The notes: generated by a model not told the origin, from the letters alone. DNA of 64,000 nt from Escherichia coli (GCF_024298765.1 NZ_CP101210.1), one strand, 5' to 3'; shown: positions 8,801 through 19,832, counted from the first letter of the stretch. Translations and numbers: made by a program.

Positions 8801-10834
8801 TTATTTCACCTGATGGCCTGGTTTAGCACCAGCATCCGGGCTTAACAGGAAGATATCTTTCCCGCCAGGACCAGCAGCCATTACCATGCCTTCGGAGATA
8901 CCAAAGCGCATTTTACGCGGTGCCAGGTTGGCCACCATAATGGTGTGACGCCCGATCAGTGCCTGCGGATCCGGGTAGGCAGAACGAATACCGGAGAAGA
9001 CATTGCGTTTTTCACCGCCGAGATCCAGTGTCAGGCGCAGCAGTTTGTCAGAACCTTCAACAAACTCTGCGTTTTCGATCAGCGCCACGCGCAGGTCAAC
9101 TTTTGCGAAGTCGTCAAAGGTGATGGTTTCCTGAATCGGATCATCTGCCAGTGGGCCAGTAACTGGCGCGGCAGCTGCTTTCACTTCTTCTTTAGACGCT
9201 TCCACCAGTGCTTCAACCTGCTTCATATCGATGCGGTTATACAGCGCTTTGAACGGATTCACTTTGTGGCCCAGCAGCGGTTGCTGGATACCATCCCAGG
9301 TCAGTTCTGTATTGAGGAATGCTTCTGCGCGCTCGGTCAGTTTCGGCAGTACCGGCTTCAGGTAAGTCATCAGCACGCGGAACAGGTTTATGCCCATTGA
9401 GCAAATTGCCTGCAGGTCGGCATCGCGGCCTTCCTGTTTTGCCACCACCCACGGAGCCTGCTCGTCGACATAGCGGTTAGCCAGATCAGCCAGCGCCATG
9501 ATTTCGCGCACTGCTTTACCAAATTCGCGGCTTTCCCACGCTTCACCAATCACTTCAGCGGCATCAGTGAAGGTTTTGTACAACTGCGGGTCAGCCAATT
9601 CGCTTGCCAGCACGCCGTCAAAACGCTTGTTGATAAAGCCCGCATTACGAGAGGCCAGGTTAACCACTTTGTTCACGATATCGGCATTCACACGCTGAAC
9701 GAAATCCTCCAGGTTGAGATCGATATCATCAATGCGCGAAGAGAGTTTCGCAGTGTAGTAGTAACGCAGGCTGTCAGCGTCAAAATGATTCAGCCAGGTG
9801 CTGGCTTTAATAAAGGTGCCGCGAGACTTGGACATCTTTGCGCCGTTCACCGTCACATAGCCATGAACAAACAGGTTGGTCGGCTTGCGGAAGTTGCTGC
9901 CTTCCAGCATGGCAGGCCAGAACAGGCTGTGGAAGTAAACAATATCTTTACCGATGAAGTGGTACAGCTCGGCGGTGGAGTCTTTCTTCCAGTATTCATC
10001 GAAGCTTACGCTGTCGCCGCGCTTGTCGCACAGATTCTTGAAAGAACCCATGTAGCCAATCGGTGCGTCCAGCCAGACGTAGAAATATTTGCCCGGCGCG
10101 TTCGGAATTTCAAAACCAAAGTATGGCGCGTCGCGGGAGATATCCCACTGTTGCAGGCCGGATTCAAACCACTCCTGCATTTTATTTGCCACCTGCTCCT
10201 GCAACGCACCGCTGCGGGTCCATGCCTGCAACATTTCGCTGAAAGAGGGCAGATCAAAGAAGAAGTGTTCAGAATCACGCATTACCGGCGTAGCGCCAGA
10301 AACCACCGATTTCGGCTCGATCAATTCAGTCGGGCTGTAGGTCGCGCCGCAGACTTCGCAGTTATCGCCGTATTGATCCGGGGATTTACATTTCGGGCAG
10401 GTGCCTTTCACAAAACGGTCCGGCAGGAACATGCCTTTTTCCGGATCGTACAGCTGAGAGATGGTGCGGTTTTTAATAAAACCGTTCTCTTTCAGGCGAG
10501 AGTAGATAAGTTCTGACAACTGGCGGTTCTCTTCGCTGTGCGTCGAGTGATAGTTGTCATAGCTGATGTTAAAGCCTGCGAAATCAGTCTGATGCTCCTG
10601 ACTCATTTCGCCAATCATCTGCTCCGGGGTGATACCAAGCTGCTGAGCTTTCAGCATGATCGGTGTACCGTGGGCATCGTCGGCGCAGATGAAGTTGACC
10701 TCGTGGCCGCGCATTCGCTGGTAACGGACCCAGACATCAGCCTGGATGTGCTCCAGCATATGGCCGAGGTGGATTGAGCCGTTAGCGTACGGCAGTGCGC
10801 ACGTCACCAGAATTTTCTTCGCGACTTGAGTCAT
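8801..10834 (-). CDS. metG: Methionine--tRNA ligase
   Basis: ORF translation contains [27 protein letters not shown] (HIGH-type motif) and a C-terminal tRNA-binding region; start trimmed to the ATG at 10834, giving 677 aa. Confidence 0.95.
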   Translation of the reverse strand: MTQVAKKILVTCALPYANGSIHLGHMLEHIQADVWVRYQRMRGHEVNFICADDAHGTPIMLKAQQLGITPEQMIGEMSQEHQTDFAGFNISYDNYHSTHSEENRQLSELIYSRLKENGFIKNRTISQLYDPEKGMFLPDRFVKGTCPKCKSPDQYGDNCEVCGATYSPTELIEPKSVVSGATPVMRDSEHFFFDLPSFSEMLQAWTRSGALQEQVANKMQEWFESGLQQWDISRDAPYFGFEIPNAPGKYFYVWLDAPIGYMGSFKNLCDKRGDSVSFDEYWKKDSTAELYHFIGKDIVYFHSLFWPAMLEGSNFRKPTNLFVHGYVTVNGAKMSKSRGTFIKASTWLNHFDADSLRYYYTAKLSSRIDDIDLNLEDFVQRVNADIVNKVVNLASRNAGFINKRFDGVLASELADPQLYKTFTDAAEVIGEAWESREFGKAVREIMALADLANRYVDEQAPWVVAKQEGRDADLQAICSMGINLFRVLMTYLKPVLPKLTERAEAFLNTELTWDGIQQPLLGHKVNPFKALYNRIDMKQVEALVEASKEEVKAAAAPVTGPLADDPIQETITFDDFAKVDLRVALIENAEFVEGSDKLLRLTLDLGGEKRNVFSGIRSAYPDPQALIGRHTIMVANLAPRKMRFGISEGMVMAAGPGGKDIFLLSPDAGAKPGHQVK

Positions 10835-10965
10835 AGTAGGCATTACTTCTTAATAGTGAAAAGGGGTTAGATAGTACCAAATGGGAAAATGTTAAGTAAG
10901 TACTTCTCTATATTCTTCAGGTAAACTATCAGCTGATGGTTTATCTATACAAAAAAGGAGTCGGG

Positions 10966-12075
10966 ATGAACGAACAATCCCAGGCCAAATCACCAGAAGC
11001 CTTGCGCGCAATGGTCGCCGGGACACTGGCCAATTTTCAGCACCCAACCCTGAAGCATAACCTCACCACGCTGAAAGCGTTGCACCATGTCGCCTGGATG
11101 GACGACACGTTGCATGTGGAACTGGTTATGCCATTCGTCTGGCATAGCGCGTTTGAAGAGTTAAAAGAGCAATGTAGCGCCGAACTGCTGCGTATCACCG
11201 GGGCGAAAGCTATCGACTGGAAACTGTCGCACAATATCGCCACCTTAAAACGCGTGAAGAATCAGCCGGGTATTAATGGTGTGAAGAACATCATTGCGGT
11301 CAGTTCCGGTAAAGGCGGCGTGGGTAAATCCTCCACGGCGGTAAACCTGGCGCTGGCACTGGCGGCGGAAGGGGCGAAAGTCGGCATTCTGGACGCCGAT
11401 ATCTACGGCCCATCAATTCCCACCATGCTGGGCGCAGAAAATCAGCGTCCAACTTCGCCGGACGGTACCCATATGGCACCGATTATGTCTCATGGCCTGG
11501 CAACCAATTCAATTGGTTATCTGGTCACTGACGACAATGCGATGGTGTGGCGTGGACCGATGGCGAGCAAGGCGTTAATGCAGATGTTGCAGGAAACCTT
11601 GTGGCCGGATCTCGACTATCTGGTGCTTGATATGCCGCCAGGCACCGGTGACATTCAATTGACGCTGGCGCAAAACATTCCAGTAACTGGTGCAGTCGTG
11701 GTCACCACCCCGCAGGACATCGCGTTGATCGATGCGAAAAAAGGCATTGTGATGTTCGAGAAAGTCGAGGTTCCGGTGCTTGGTATTGTCGAGAACATGA
11801 GTGTGCATATTTGCAGTAACTGTGGTCACCATGAACCGATTTTCGGTACCGGTGGTGCAGAGAAACTGGCTGAAAAATACCACACACAGCTGCTGGGGCA
11901 GATGCCGTTACACATTTCCTTACGTGAGGATCTCGATAAAGGCACGCCAACGGTTATCAGCCGTCCGGAGAGCGAATTTACCGCTATCTACCGCCAGCTG
12001 GCTGACCGCGTTGCAGCTCAGCTCTACTGGCAGGGTGAAGTCATTCCAGGCGAGATTTCCTTCCGCGCGGTCTAA
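10966..12075 (+). CDS. apbC: Fe-S cluster carrier ATPase ApbC/Mrp
   Basis: P-loop SGKGGVGKS, CxxC motif; start set at MNEQSQ (10966), 369 aa; divergent from metG. Confidence 0.9.
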   Translation: MNEQSQAKSPEALRAMVAGTLANFQHPTLKHNLTTLKALHHVAWMDDTLHVELVMPFVWHSAFEELKEQCSAELLRITGAKAIDWKLSHNIATLKRVKNQPGINGVKNIIAVSSGKGGVGKSSTAVNLALALAAEGAKVGILDADIYGPSIPTMLGAENQRPTSPDGTHMAPIMSHGLATNSIGYLVTDDNAMVWRGPMASKALMQMLQETLWPDLDYLVLDMPPGTGDIQLTLAQNIPVTGAVVVTTPQDIALIDAKKGIVMFEKVEVPVLGIVENMSVHICSNCGHHEPIFGTGGAEKLAEKYHTQLLGQMPLHISLREDLDKGTPTVISRPESEFTAIYRQLADRVAAQLYWQGEVIPGEISFRAV

Positions 12076-12337
12076 CGCCTATTAACCATTCTGGTTATTC
12101 TTCATACACCGCAGAGATGTTACATTGATGCGGTGTATTAGTTTTTGCCGCATTAATGAACACTTATTTAATACTGCGAATATTCTGCGGACCTTCGTCC
12201 GAAACTCTACAAAGTCGATTGATCATACAGGCAATGCTTCATTATCATCCTTCGTGGCTGTGTAGTGGATGTACAGCTATAGTTTGTTATGCACTCATTC
12301 TATCCAGGCATAACCTTTACTACAGGGATAACGTTCA

Positions 12338-12619
12338 ATGAATAAGTATTGGCTGTCAGGAATTATTTTTCTTGCCTATGGATTGGCTTCTCCCGCATTC
12401 TCTTCAGAGACTGCCACATTAACGATTAATGGCAGGATCAGTCCCCCAACATGCAGTATGGCTATGGTTAATAGTCAACCACAACAGCATTGTGGTCAGT
12501 TAACGTATAATGTTGACACCCGTCATCAGGTTTCTTCGCCCGTCAAAGGTGTTACGACAGAAGTGGTTGTTGCAGGTAGCGATAGCAAACGTCGAATCGT
12601 GTTAAATCGCTACGATTAA
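12338..12619 (+). CDS. yehE: YehE, small secreted protein upstream of the yeh fimbrial operon
   Basis: 93-aa ORF with N-terminal signal peptide. Confidence 0.7.
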   Translation: MNKYWLSGIIFLAYGLASPAFSSETATLTINGRISPPTCSMAMVNSQPQQHCGQLTYNVDTRHQVSSPVKGVTTEVVVAGSDSKRRIVLNRYD

Positions 12620-12650
12620 TTTGGCAACCTGATTTTAATTGCATTTAGAA

Positions 12651-12690
12651 AGCCGAAATCATTTATATAAATGATTTCGGCTTTTTTATT
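12651..12690 (+). terminator. Intrinsic terminator after yehE
   Basis: 13-bp inverted repeat AGCCGAAATCATT/AATGATTTCGGCT followed by TTTTTT. Confidence 0.7.
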
Positions 12691-12911
12691 GATATCAACA
12701 ATACCATTTACATAAATCTACATTAATTAATAGATGCGATAAATAGTTAATACTCTTAAATATTTGTTGTATTTATATTGCATTGGTTAATTTATTTTAA
12801 ATCAATAAAACAATATGTTTACATTGCGGCAACTTTTTTGATGTGAGAAATTTGTTTCCAAGAGATACAGACTCTTAACAACCAAAAATAAATTTTATTA
12901 AGGAACATATT

Positions 12912-13454
12912 ATGAAACGTTCAATTATTGCTGCCGCTGTCTTTTCTTCTTTTTTTATGAGCGCTGGAGTATTTGCTGCAGACGTTGATACCGGAACATT
13001 AACCATTAAAGGAAATATTGCAGAATCTCCGTGTAAATTCGAAGCGGGTGGTGATTCAGTAAGTATTAATATGCCGACTGTACCAACCACTGTCTTTGAA
13101 GGTAAAGCTAAATATTCTACCTATGATGATGCAGTCGGTGTAACCAGCAGCATGTTAAAAATTAGCTGCCCGAAAGAAGTTGCTGGTGTAAAACTCTCGT
13201 TGATTACCAACGACAAAATAACCGGCAACGATAAGGCGATAGCCAGTAGCAACGATACCGTGGGTTACTATCTCTATTTAGGTGATAACAGCGATGTCCT
13301 GGATGTTTCTGCACCTTTTAATATTGAGAGTTATAAAACAGCGGAAGGTCAATATGCTATTCCGTTTAAAGCAAAATACCTGAAACTAACAGATAACTCA
13401 GTGCAATCAGGTGATGTGTTATCTTCTCTGGTTATGCGTGTGGCGCAGGATTAA
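12912..13454 (+). CDS. yehD: Fimbrial major subunit (chaperone-usher type)
   Basis: 180 aa, signal peptide, fimbrial subunit-like; first gene of yehDCBA. Confidence 0.85.
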   Translation: MKRSIIAAAVFSSFFMSAGVFAADVDTGTLTIKGNIAESPCKFEAGGDSVSINMPTVPTTVFEGKAKYSTYDDAVGVTSSMLKISCPKEVAGVKLSLITNDKITGNDKAIASSNDTVGYYLYLGDNSDVLDVSAPFNIESYKTAEGQYAIPFKAKYLKLTDNSVQSGDVLSSLVMRVAQD

Positions 13455-13488
13455 TAAATAAAATTGCAAGTTTCTCCAGGTAATAAAC

Positions 13489-14208
13489 ATGGCCGCTATC
13501 CCATGGCGGCCTTTTAATTTAAGAGGCATTAAAATGAAAGGATTATTATCTTTACTCATTTTTTCTATGGTCCTTCCTGCACATGCCGGAATTGTTATCT
13601 ACGGGACGCGCATTATTTACCCGGCAGAAAATAAAGAAGTTATGGTGCAGTTGATGAACCAGGGAAATCGTTCTTCGCTGCTGCAGGCGTGGATTGATGA
13701 TGGCGATACGTCGTTACCACCAGAAAAAATTCAGGTTCCTTTCATGTTAACGCCACCAGTTGCAAAAATAGGGGCAAATTCCGGGCAGCAAGTAAAAATC
13801 AAAATTATGCCGAATAAACTGCCCACTAATAAAGAAAGCATTTTTTATCTGAATGTTCTGGATATTCCACCAAATAGTCCAGAACAAGAAGGTAAGAATG
13901 CACTGAAGTTTGCGATGCAAAACAGAATCAAATTGTTTTACCGGCCGGCGGGTATTGCTCCGGTAAATAAAGCGACCTTTAAAAAGTTACTGGTAAATCG
14001 CAGTGGCAATGGATTGGTGATAAAAAATGACTCAGCTAATTGGGTGACGATTTCGGATGTCAAAGCTAATAATGTCAAAGTCAATTATGAAACTATAATG
14101 ATTGCCCCCTTAGAAAGTCAGAGTGTTAATGTCAAAAGTAATAATGCAAATAACTGGTATCTGACCATTATCGATGACCACGGCAACTATATTAGTGACA
14201 AAATTTAA
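13489..14208 (+). CDS. yehC: Periplasmic fimbrial chaperone
   Basis: 239 aa, PapD-like chaperone features (signal peptide, IYGTRIIYP motif). Confidence 0.85.
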   Translation: MAAIPWRPFNLRGIKMKGLLSLLIFSMVLPAHAGIVIYGTRIIYPAENKEVMVQLMNQGNRSSLLQAWIDDGDTSLPPEKIQVPFMLTPPVAKIGANSGQQVKIKIMPNKLPTNKESIFYLNVLDIPPNSPEQEGKNALKFAMQNRIKLFYRPAGIAPVNKATFKKLLVNRSGNGLVIKNDSANWVTISDVKANNVKVNYETIMIAPLESQSVNVKSNNANNWYLTIIDDHGNYISDKI

Positions 14209-14223
14209 TTGCAGGAGCTGCCT

Positions 14224-16704
14224 ATGTTGAGAATGACCCCACTTGCATCAGCAATCGTAGCGTTATTGCTCGGCATTGAAGCTTATGCAGCTGAAGAAAC
14301 CTTTGATACCCATTTTATGATAGGTGGAATGAAAGACCAGCAGGTTGCAAATATTCGTCTTGATGATAATCAACCCTTACCGGGGCAGTATGACATTGAT
14401 ATTTATGTCAATAAGCAATGGCGCGGGAAATATGAGATTATTGTTAAAGACAACCCGCAAGAAACATGTTTATCAAGAGAAGTTATCAAGCGGTTAGGCA
14501 TTAATAGCGATAACTTCGCCAGCGGTAAGCAATGTTTAACATTTGAGCAACTTGTTCAGGGTGGGAGCTATACCTGGGATATCGGGGTTTTTCGTCTCGA
14601 TTTCAGTGTCCCGCAGGCCTGGGTGGAAGAACTGGAAAGTGGCTATGTTCCACCGGAAAACTGGGAGCGGGGTATTAATGCGTTTTATACCTCTTATTAT
14701 GTGAGTCAGTATTACAGTGACTATAAAGCGTCGGGTAATAGTAAGAGTACATATGTACGTTTTAACAGCGGGTTAAATTTACTGGGGTGGCAACTGCATT
14801 CTGATGCCAGTTTCAGTAAAACAAATAACAATCCAGGGGTGTGGAAAAGCAATACCCTGTATCTGGAACGTGGATTTGCCCAACTTCTCGGCACGCTTCG
14901 CGTGGGTGATATGTACACATCAAGCGATATTTTTGATTCTGTTCGCTTCAGAGGTGTGCGGTTGTTTCGTGATATGCAGATGTTGCCTAACTCGAAACAA
15001 AATTTTACGCCACGGGTGCAGGGGATTGCTCAGAGTAACGCGCTGGTAACTATTGAACAGAATGGTTTTGTGGTTTATCAGAAAGAGGTTCCTCCTGGCC
15101 CGTTTGCGATTACAGATTTGCAGTTGGCCGGTGGTGGAGCAGATCTTGATGTCAGCGTGAAAGAGGCGGACGGTTCGGTAACCACCTATCTGGTGCCTTA
15201 TGCAGCGGTGCCAAATATGCTGCAACCCGGCGTGTCGAAATATGATTTTGCGGCGGGTCGTAGCCATATTGAAGGGGCGAGCAAACATAGTGATTTTGTC
15301 CAGGCGGGTTATCAGTATGGTTTTAATAACTTATTGACGTTGTATGGTGGCTCGATGGTTGCGAATAATTATTACGCGTTCACTCTGGGGACTGGCTGGA
15401 ATACACGCATTGGTGCCATTTCCGTCGATGCCACGAAGTCGCATAGTAAACAAGACAACGGCGATGTGTTTGACGGGCAAAGTTATCAAATTGCCTACAA
15501 CAAATTTGTGAGCCAAACGTCGACGCGTTTTGGTCTGGCGGCCTGGCGTTATTCGTCGCGTGATTACCGGACATTTAACGATCACGTTTGGGCAAACAAT
15601 AAAGATAATTATCGCCGTGATGAAAACGATGTCTATGACATTGCCGATTATTACCAGAATGATTTTGGTCGCAAAAATAGCTTTTCCGCCAATATGAGCC
15701 AGTCATTGCCAGAAGGTTGGGGGTCTGTGTCATTAAGTACGTTATGGCGAGATTACTGGGGGCGTAGCGGCAGTAGTAAGGATTATCAGTTGAGTTATTC
15801 CAACAACCTGCGACGGATAAGCTATACCCTCGCGGCAAGCCAGGCTTATGACGAGAATCATCATGAAGAGAAACGTTTTAATATTTTTATATCGATTCCC
15901 TTTGATTGGGGTGATGACGTTTCGACGCCTCGTCGGCAAATATATATGTCTAACTCAACGACGTTTGATGATCAGGGGTTTGCCTCAAATAATACGGGAT
16001 TATCAGGAACAGTAGGGAGTCGGGATCAGTTCAATTATGGTGTCAACCTGAGTCATCAACATCAGGGAAATGAAACGACAGCTGGGGCGAATTTGACCTG
16101 GAACGCGCCGGTGGCAACAGTGAATGGCAGTTATAGTCAGTCGAGTACTTATCGACAGGCTGGAGCCAGTGTTTCAGGGGGCATTGTCGCCTGGTCGGGT
16201 GGCGTTAATCTGGCGAACCGTCTTTCCGAAACGTTTGCTGTGATGAATGCGCCAGGAATTAAAGATGCTTATGTCAATGGGCAAAAATATCGCACAACAA
16301 ACCGTAATGGAGTGGTGGTATACGACGGAATGACACCTTATCGGGAAAATCACCTGATGCTGGATGTGTCGCAAAGCGATAGCGAAGCAGAATTACGTGG
16401 CAACCGGAAAATTGCCGCACCTTATCGCGGCGCGGTTGTACTGGTTAATTTTGATACCGATCAGCGCAAGCCCTGGTTTATAAAAGCGTTAAGAGCGGAT
16501 GGGCAACCATTAATGTTTGGTTATGAAGTCAATGATATCCATGGTCATAATATTGGCGTTGTCGGTCAGGGAAGCCAGTTATTTATTCGCACCAATGAAG
16601 TACCGCCATCGGTTAATGTGGCAATTGATAAGCAACAAGGACTTTCATGCACAATCACCTTCGGTAAAGAGATTGATGAAAGTAGAAATTATATTTGCCA
16701 GTAA
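14224..16704 (+). CDS. yehB: Outer-membrane fimbrial usher
   Basis: Usher-family protein; start set at the ATG at 14224 (RBS AGGAG at 14213-14217) rather than the upstream TTG, giving 826 aa. Confidence 0.9.
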   Translation: MLRMTPLASAIVALLLGIEAYAAEETFDTHFMIGGMKDQQVANIRLDDNQPLPGQYDIDIYVNKQWRGKYEIIVKDNPQETCLSREVIKRLGINSDNFASGKQCLTFEQLVQGGSYTWDIGVFRLDFSVPQAWVEELESGYVPPENWERGINAFYTSYYVSQYYSDYKASGNSKSTYVRFNSGLNLLGWQLHSDASFSKTNNNPGVWKSNTLYLERGFAQLLGTLRVGDMYTSSDIFDSVRFRGVRLFRDMQMLPNSKQNFTPRVQGIAQSNALVTIEQNGFVVYQKEVPPGPFAITDLQLAGGGADLDVSVKEADGSVTTYLVPYAAVPNMLQPGVSKYDFAAGRSHIEGASKHSDFVQAGYQYGFNNLLTLYGGSMVANNYYAFTLGTGWNTRIGAISVDATKSHSKQDNGDVFDGQSYQIAYNKFVSQTSTRFGLAAWRYSSRDYRTFNDHVWANNKDNYRRDENDVYDIADYYQNDFGRKNSFSANMSQSLPEGWGSVSLSTLWRDYWGRSGSSKDYQLSYSNNLRRISYTLAASQAYDENHHEEKRFNIFISIPFDWGDDVSTPRRQIYMSNSTTFDDQGFASNNTGLSGTVGSRDQFNYGVNLSHQHQGNETTAGANLTWNAPVATVNGSYSQSSTYRQAGASVSGGIVAWSGGVNLANRLSETFAVMNAPGIKDAYVNGQKYRTTNRNGVVVYDGMTPYRENHLMLDVSQSDSEAELRGNRKIAAPYRGAVVLVNFDTDQRKPWFIKALRADGQPLMFGYEVNDIHGHNIGVVGQGSQLFIRTNEVPPSVNVAIDKQQGLSCTITFGKEIDESRNYICQ

Positions 16705-16719
16705 TAGTCAGGTGGTTCT

Positions 16720-17754
16720 ATGGAAATTCGCATAATGCTATTTATATTAATGATGATGGTTATGCCTGTGAGCTATGCGGCATGTTATAGTGAGTTATCT
16801 GTTCAGCACAACTTGGTTGTTCAGGGGGATTTTGCACTTACTCAAACACAAATGGCGACATATGAGCATAATTTTAATGATTCGTCATGCGTAAGTACAA
16901 ATACTATCACCCCTATGAGCCCGTCGGATATTATTGTTGGACTTTATAACGATACCATAAAATTAAATTTACATTTTGAATGGACCAATAAAAACAACAT
17001 CACGTTGTCAAATAATCAGACCAGTTTCACCAGTGGTTATTCAGTTACGGTGACACCTGCGGCCAGTAATGCAAAAGTGAATGTTTCTGCGGGGGGCGGC
17101 GGTTCAGTGATGATTAATGGTGTTGCGACATTATCCAGTGCTTCATCATCGACACGCGGGAGTGCCGCAGTACAATTTCTACTGTGTTTATTAGGTGGCA
17201 AGTCATGGGATGCATGTGTAAATAGCTACAGAAATGCATTGGCACAAAATGCAGGTGTCTATTCCTTTAATCTGACATTGTCATACAACCCGATAACCAC
17301 AACCTGCAAACCGGACGATTTATTAATTACTTTAGACAGTATTCCCGTTTCACAATTACCAGCCACAGGTAACAAAGCAACAATAAATAGTAAACAAGGG
17401 GATATTATTCTGCGTTGTAAAAATTTATTAGGTCAACAAAATCAAACATCACGGAAAATGCAGGTGTATTTATCAAGTTCTGACTTGTTAACCAACAGCA
17501 ACACAATACTGAAAGGTGCGGAAGATAATGGCGTAGGATTTATTCTTGAAAGTAATGGTTCGTCAGTCACACTTTTAAATATCACTAACAGCAGTAAAGG
17601 ATACACAAATTTAAAAGAAATTGCGGCAAAGTCAAAACTTACAGATACAACGGTTTCAATTCCGATAACAGCCAGTTACTACGTCTACGATACAAACAAA
17701 GTTAAATCTGGCGCACTGGAGGCAACCGCATTAATCAACGTGAAATACGACTAA
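16720..17754 (+). CDS. yehA: Fimbrial adhesin-like subunit
   Basis: 344 aa, signal peptide; last gene of the operon. Confidence 0.8.
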   Translation: MEIRIMLFILMMMVMPVSYAACYSELSVQHNLVVQGDFALTQTQMATYEHNFNDSSCVSTNTITPMSPSDIIVGLYNDTIKLNLHFEWTNKNNITLSNNQTSFTSGYSVTVTPAASNAKVNVSAGGGGSVMINGVATLSSASSSTRGSAAVQFLLCLLGGKSWDACVNSYRNALAQNAGVYSFNLTLSYNPITTTCKPDDLLITLDSIPVSQLPATGNKATINSKQGDIILRCKNLLGQQNQTSRKMQVYLSSSDLLTNSNTILKGAEDNGVGFILESNGSSVTLLNITNSSKGYTNLKEIAAKSKLTDTTVSIPITASYYVYDTNKVKSGALEATALINVKYD

Positions 17755-17810
17755 TAACAAGCAAGACGAGCAAGTGGCTAATAATAAAAAATAACAAGGT
17801 GTCTGCATTT

Positions 17811-17837
17811 CCCCCTCATGATGAGGGGGCTTTTTTT
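17811..17837. terminator. Terminator shared by the convergent yehA and rcnB
   Basis: Hairpin CCCCCTCATGATGAGGGGG at 17811-17829 followed by CTTTTTTT; sits between the yehA stop (17754) and the rcnB stop (17836). Confidence 0.65.
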
Positions 17838-18174
17838 AGCGATGATAAAAAATCTCACCGTCGTAGGCTTTAATGATTTTACCGTCGGTGTCGCTGATCA
17901 ACACGTACGCGCCACCCATATAGGTCCAGTGCGTCCCGGCATCAGGCGCGGGCAGGTTACGTAACTGCCACTGCTTAATGTTGTACTCATCGGTGCGGTA
18001 CATCTCTGGGACGGTATCGCCTGGTTTGAAATGCTTAAAGTCAGCAATGAAACTGCTTAACTCATACTTAGAAATTCCCGAGGTATTGGTCGAACCCGCG
18101 GTGGCTGGTGCGGCCCAGGCGGCATTGGTAACCAGCAAAAGCGCACCCAGCAACATCTTATTTTTAATGGTCAT
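17836..18174 (-). CDS. rcnB: Periplasmic Ni/Co homeostasis protein RcnB
   Basis: Start trimmed to MTIKNKMLLGALLLVTNAAWA (signal peptide), 112 aa; downstream of rcnA. Confidence 0.85.
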   Translation of the reverse strand: MTIKNKMLLGALLLVTNAAWAAPATAGSTNTSGISKYELSSFIADFKHFKPGDTVPEMYRTDEYNIKQWQLRNLPAPDAGTHWTYMGGAYVLISDTDGKIIKAYDGEIFYHR

Positions 18175-18392
18175 AAACTCTCCACTTTGGGGATCTGTAA
18201 TATCAGTCGCATATCTTTCCTGCCATACAATATAACTGACAAGCGATATTTTGTTAGTGATCCCATGATTTCGTAAAAAGTGTAAATGAAAGGATGCCCT
18301 AAAAGCATCCTTAGCGAGCAGAGAGTCAGCGGAAATAGCTGATTTAAGAATCATCCTGGGCTGAAGATAACATGCAAGCCTAAAGGATTGAG

Positions 18393-19217
18393 TTATCGCA
18401 TTATGCCCATGAAGCCATGTACGCCCATATACACACCGACTAAGCCAATCAACAGACTGGAAAAATAGGGGGCGCGTTTAGCGAGAGTGTTAAATCCGCT
18501 CCAGCGTTTTGCGACCTGCTGAACGCTGATTGCTGCGCCAACGCCTACGGTGACAAGCGTTAACGCCAGGCCAATGCTGAAACTGACGACCAGTGTTGCG
18601 CCCAGTGTCAGGGCTTTCAACTGAATGCAAATCAACAGCACGGTAATTGCTGCCGGACAGGGGATAAGACCACCTGTTAAGCCAAATAACAAAATTTGCC
18701 AGTTGGTGACCTCTCTACCATCAAAGCGTCGTTTAATATCATTGGCATGGGCTCGTGCATGGGCATCCTGATACTCGCCATGTTCGTGATGGTGATGATG
18801 TCCATGGTCGTGGTGATCTTCGTGATCGTGGTGATGATGTTCATGATCATACTCGTGCATATTCTCCAGCCAGTTGCGTTCGCCGCGCCAGGTACGCCAG
18901 AACATCCAGAACGCGGTGCCAATAATGATCACTGCGGAAATCAGCTGGAGCCACGGTTCTGCTGATTGAGCAGTAAAGCGCTTGCTGATCACCATCCCGC
19001 CAAAGGCAATTAACCAGACCACTGCGGTATGCGAAATAGTTGCTGCCAGTCCGAGCATCACCGCCTGTTTAATGGTGCCTTTGATGGCGATGATAAACGC
19101 CGCCATCATCGTTTTTGAGTGCCCTGGTTCCAGGCCATGAAGCGCACCAAGTAAGATGGCGCTGGGGATGAAGAACCAGGCGTTTCCTTGCTGAAGAAGA
19201 GTTGTAAATTCGGTCAT
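18393..19217 (-). CDS. rcnA: Nickel/cobalt efflux protein RcnA
   Basis: 274-aa membrane protein with a histidine-rich loop HEYDHEHHHHDHEDHHDHGHHHHHEHGEY. Confidence 0.95.
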   Translation of the reverse strand: MTEFTTLLQQGNAWFFIPSAILLGALHGLEPGHSKTMMAAFIIAIKGTIKQAVMLGLAATISHTAVVWLIAFGGMVISKRFTAQSAEPWLQLISAVIIIGTAFWMFWRTWRGERNWLENMHEYDHEHHHHDHEDHHDHGHHHHHEHGEYQDAHARAHANDIKRRFDGREVTNWQILLFGLTGGLIPCPAAITVLLICIQLKALTLGATLVVSFSIGLALTLVTVGVGAAISVQQVAKRWSGFNTLAKRAPYFSSLLIGLVGVYMGVHGFMGIMR

Positions 19218-19254
19218 GATAATAATTCTTAGTATTAATTCGGCAATCTGATTC

Positions 19255-19289
19255 TACTCCCCCCCAGTACCTGATACTACCCCCCAGTA
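19255..19289. promoter_or_regulatory. Two RcnR operator sites (TACT-G/C tract-AGTA) in the rcnA-rcnR divergent promoter region
   Basis: TACTCCCCCCCAGTA (19255-19269) and TACTACCCCCCAGTA (19276-19289) read directly; matches the known RcnR operator architecture. Confidence 0.85.
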
Positions 19290-19337
19290 GATTAATAGTG
19301 CTATGATTTTTCATATTCTTGTTAACCAGGTGTTGCC

Positions 19338-19610
19338 ATGTCTCATACAATCCGTGATAAACAGAAACTGAAAGCGCGTGCCAGTAAGATTCAGGGCCAG
19401 GTCGTGGCGCTCAAGAAAATGCTCGACGAGCCGCACGAATGCGCTGCAGTTTTACAACAGATTGCTGCTATCCGTGGCGCGGTAAACGGTCTGATGCGGG
19501 AAGTGATTAAAGGTCATCTGACGGAACACATCGTTCACCAGGGGGATGAGCTAAAACGTGAAGAAGATCTGGATGTCGTTCTGAAGGTGCTGGATTCATA
19601 TATCAAATAA
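19338..19610 (+). CDS. rcnR: Ni/Co-responsive repressor RcnR (CsoR/RcnR family)
   Basis: 90-aa protein, divergent from rcnA. Confidence 0.95.
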
Positions 19611-19689
19611 TTTATTAACGCGATTGTAAAACTGCCGTTTTTCCTCGTTTACAACGCGTGCGCTGGACATTACCATCCTCCTCTGCGAT

Positions 19690-19832
19690 TTATCATCGCA
19701 ACCAAACGACTCGGGGTGCCCTTCTGCGTGAAGGCTGAGAAATACCCGTATCACCTGATCTGGATAATGCCAGCGTAGGGAAGTCACGGACCACCAGGTC
19801 ATTGCTTCTTCACGTTATGGCAGGAGCAAACT
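19690..19832 (+). ncRNA. TPP riboswitch (thi-box) in the thiM leader
   Basis: Conserved thi-box core CTGAGA within GGGGTGCCCTTCTGCGTGAAGGCTGAGAAATACCCGTATCACCTGATCTGGATAATGCCAGCGTAGGGAAG, directly upstream of thiM. Confidence 0.9.

Noticed and set aside
9785-10516. 243-aa ORF antisense to metG
   Set aside because: Entirely inside the well-supported metG on the opposite strand; typical shadow ORF of a GC-rich gene.
10936-10965. Upstream extensions of several ORFs in the supplied track (apbC, fbaB, gatY, mdtA, udk, rcnB, yegP, yegR, metG, yehB)
   Set aside because: In each case an internal ATG with a proper RBS and/or signal peptide gives the expected family N-terminus; the longer versions start at the first in-frame start after an upstream stop.
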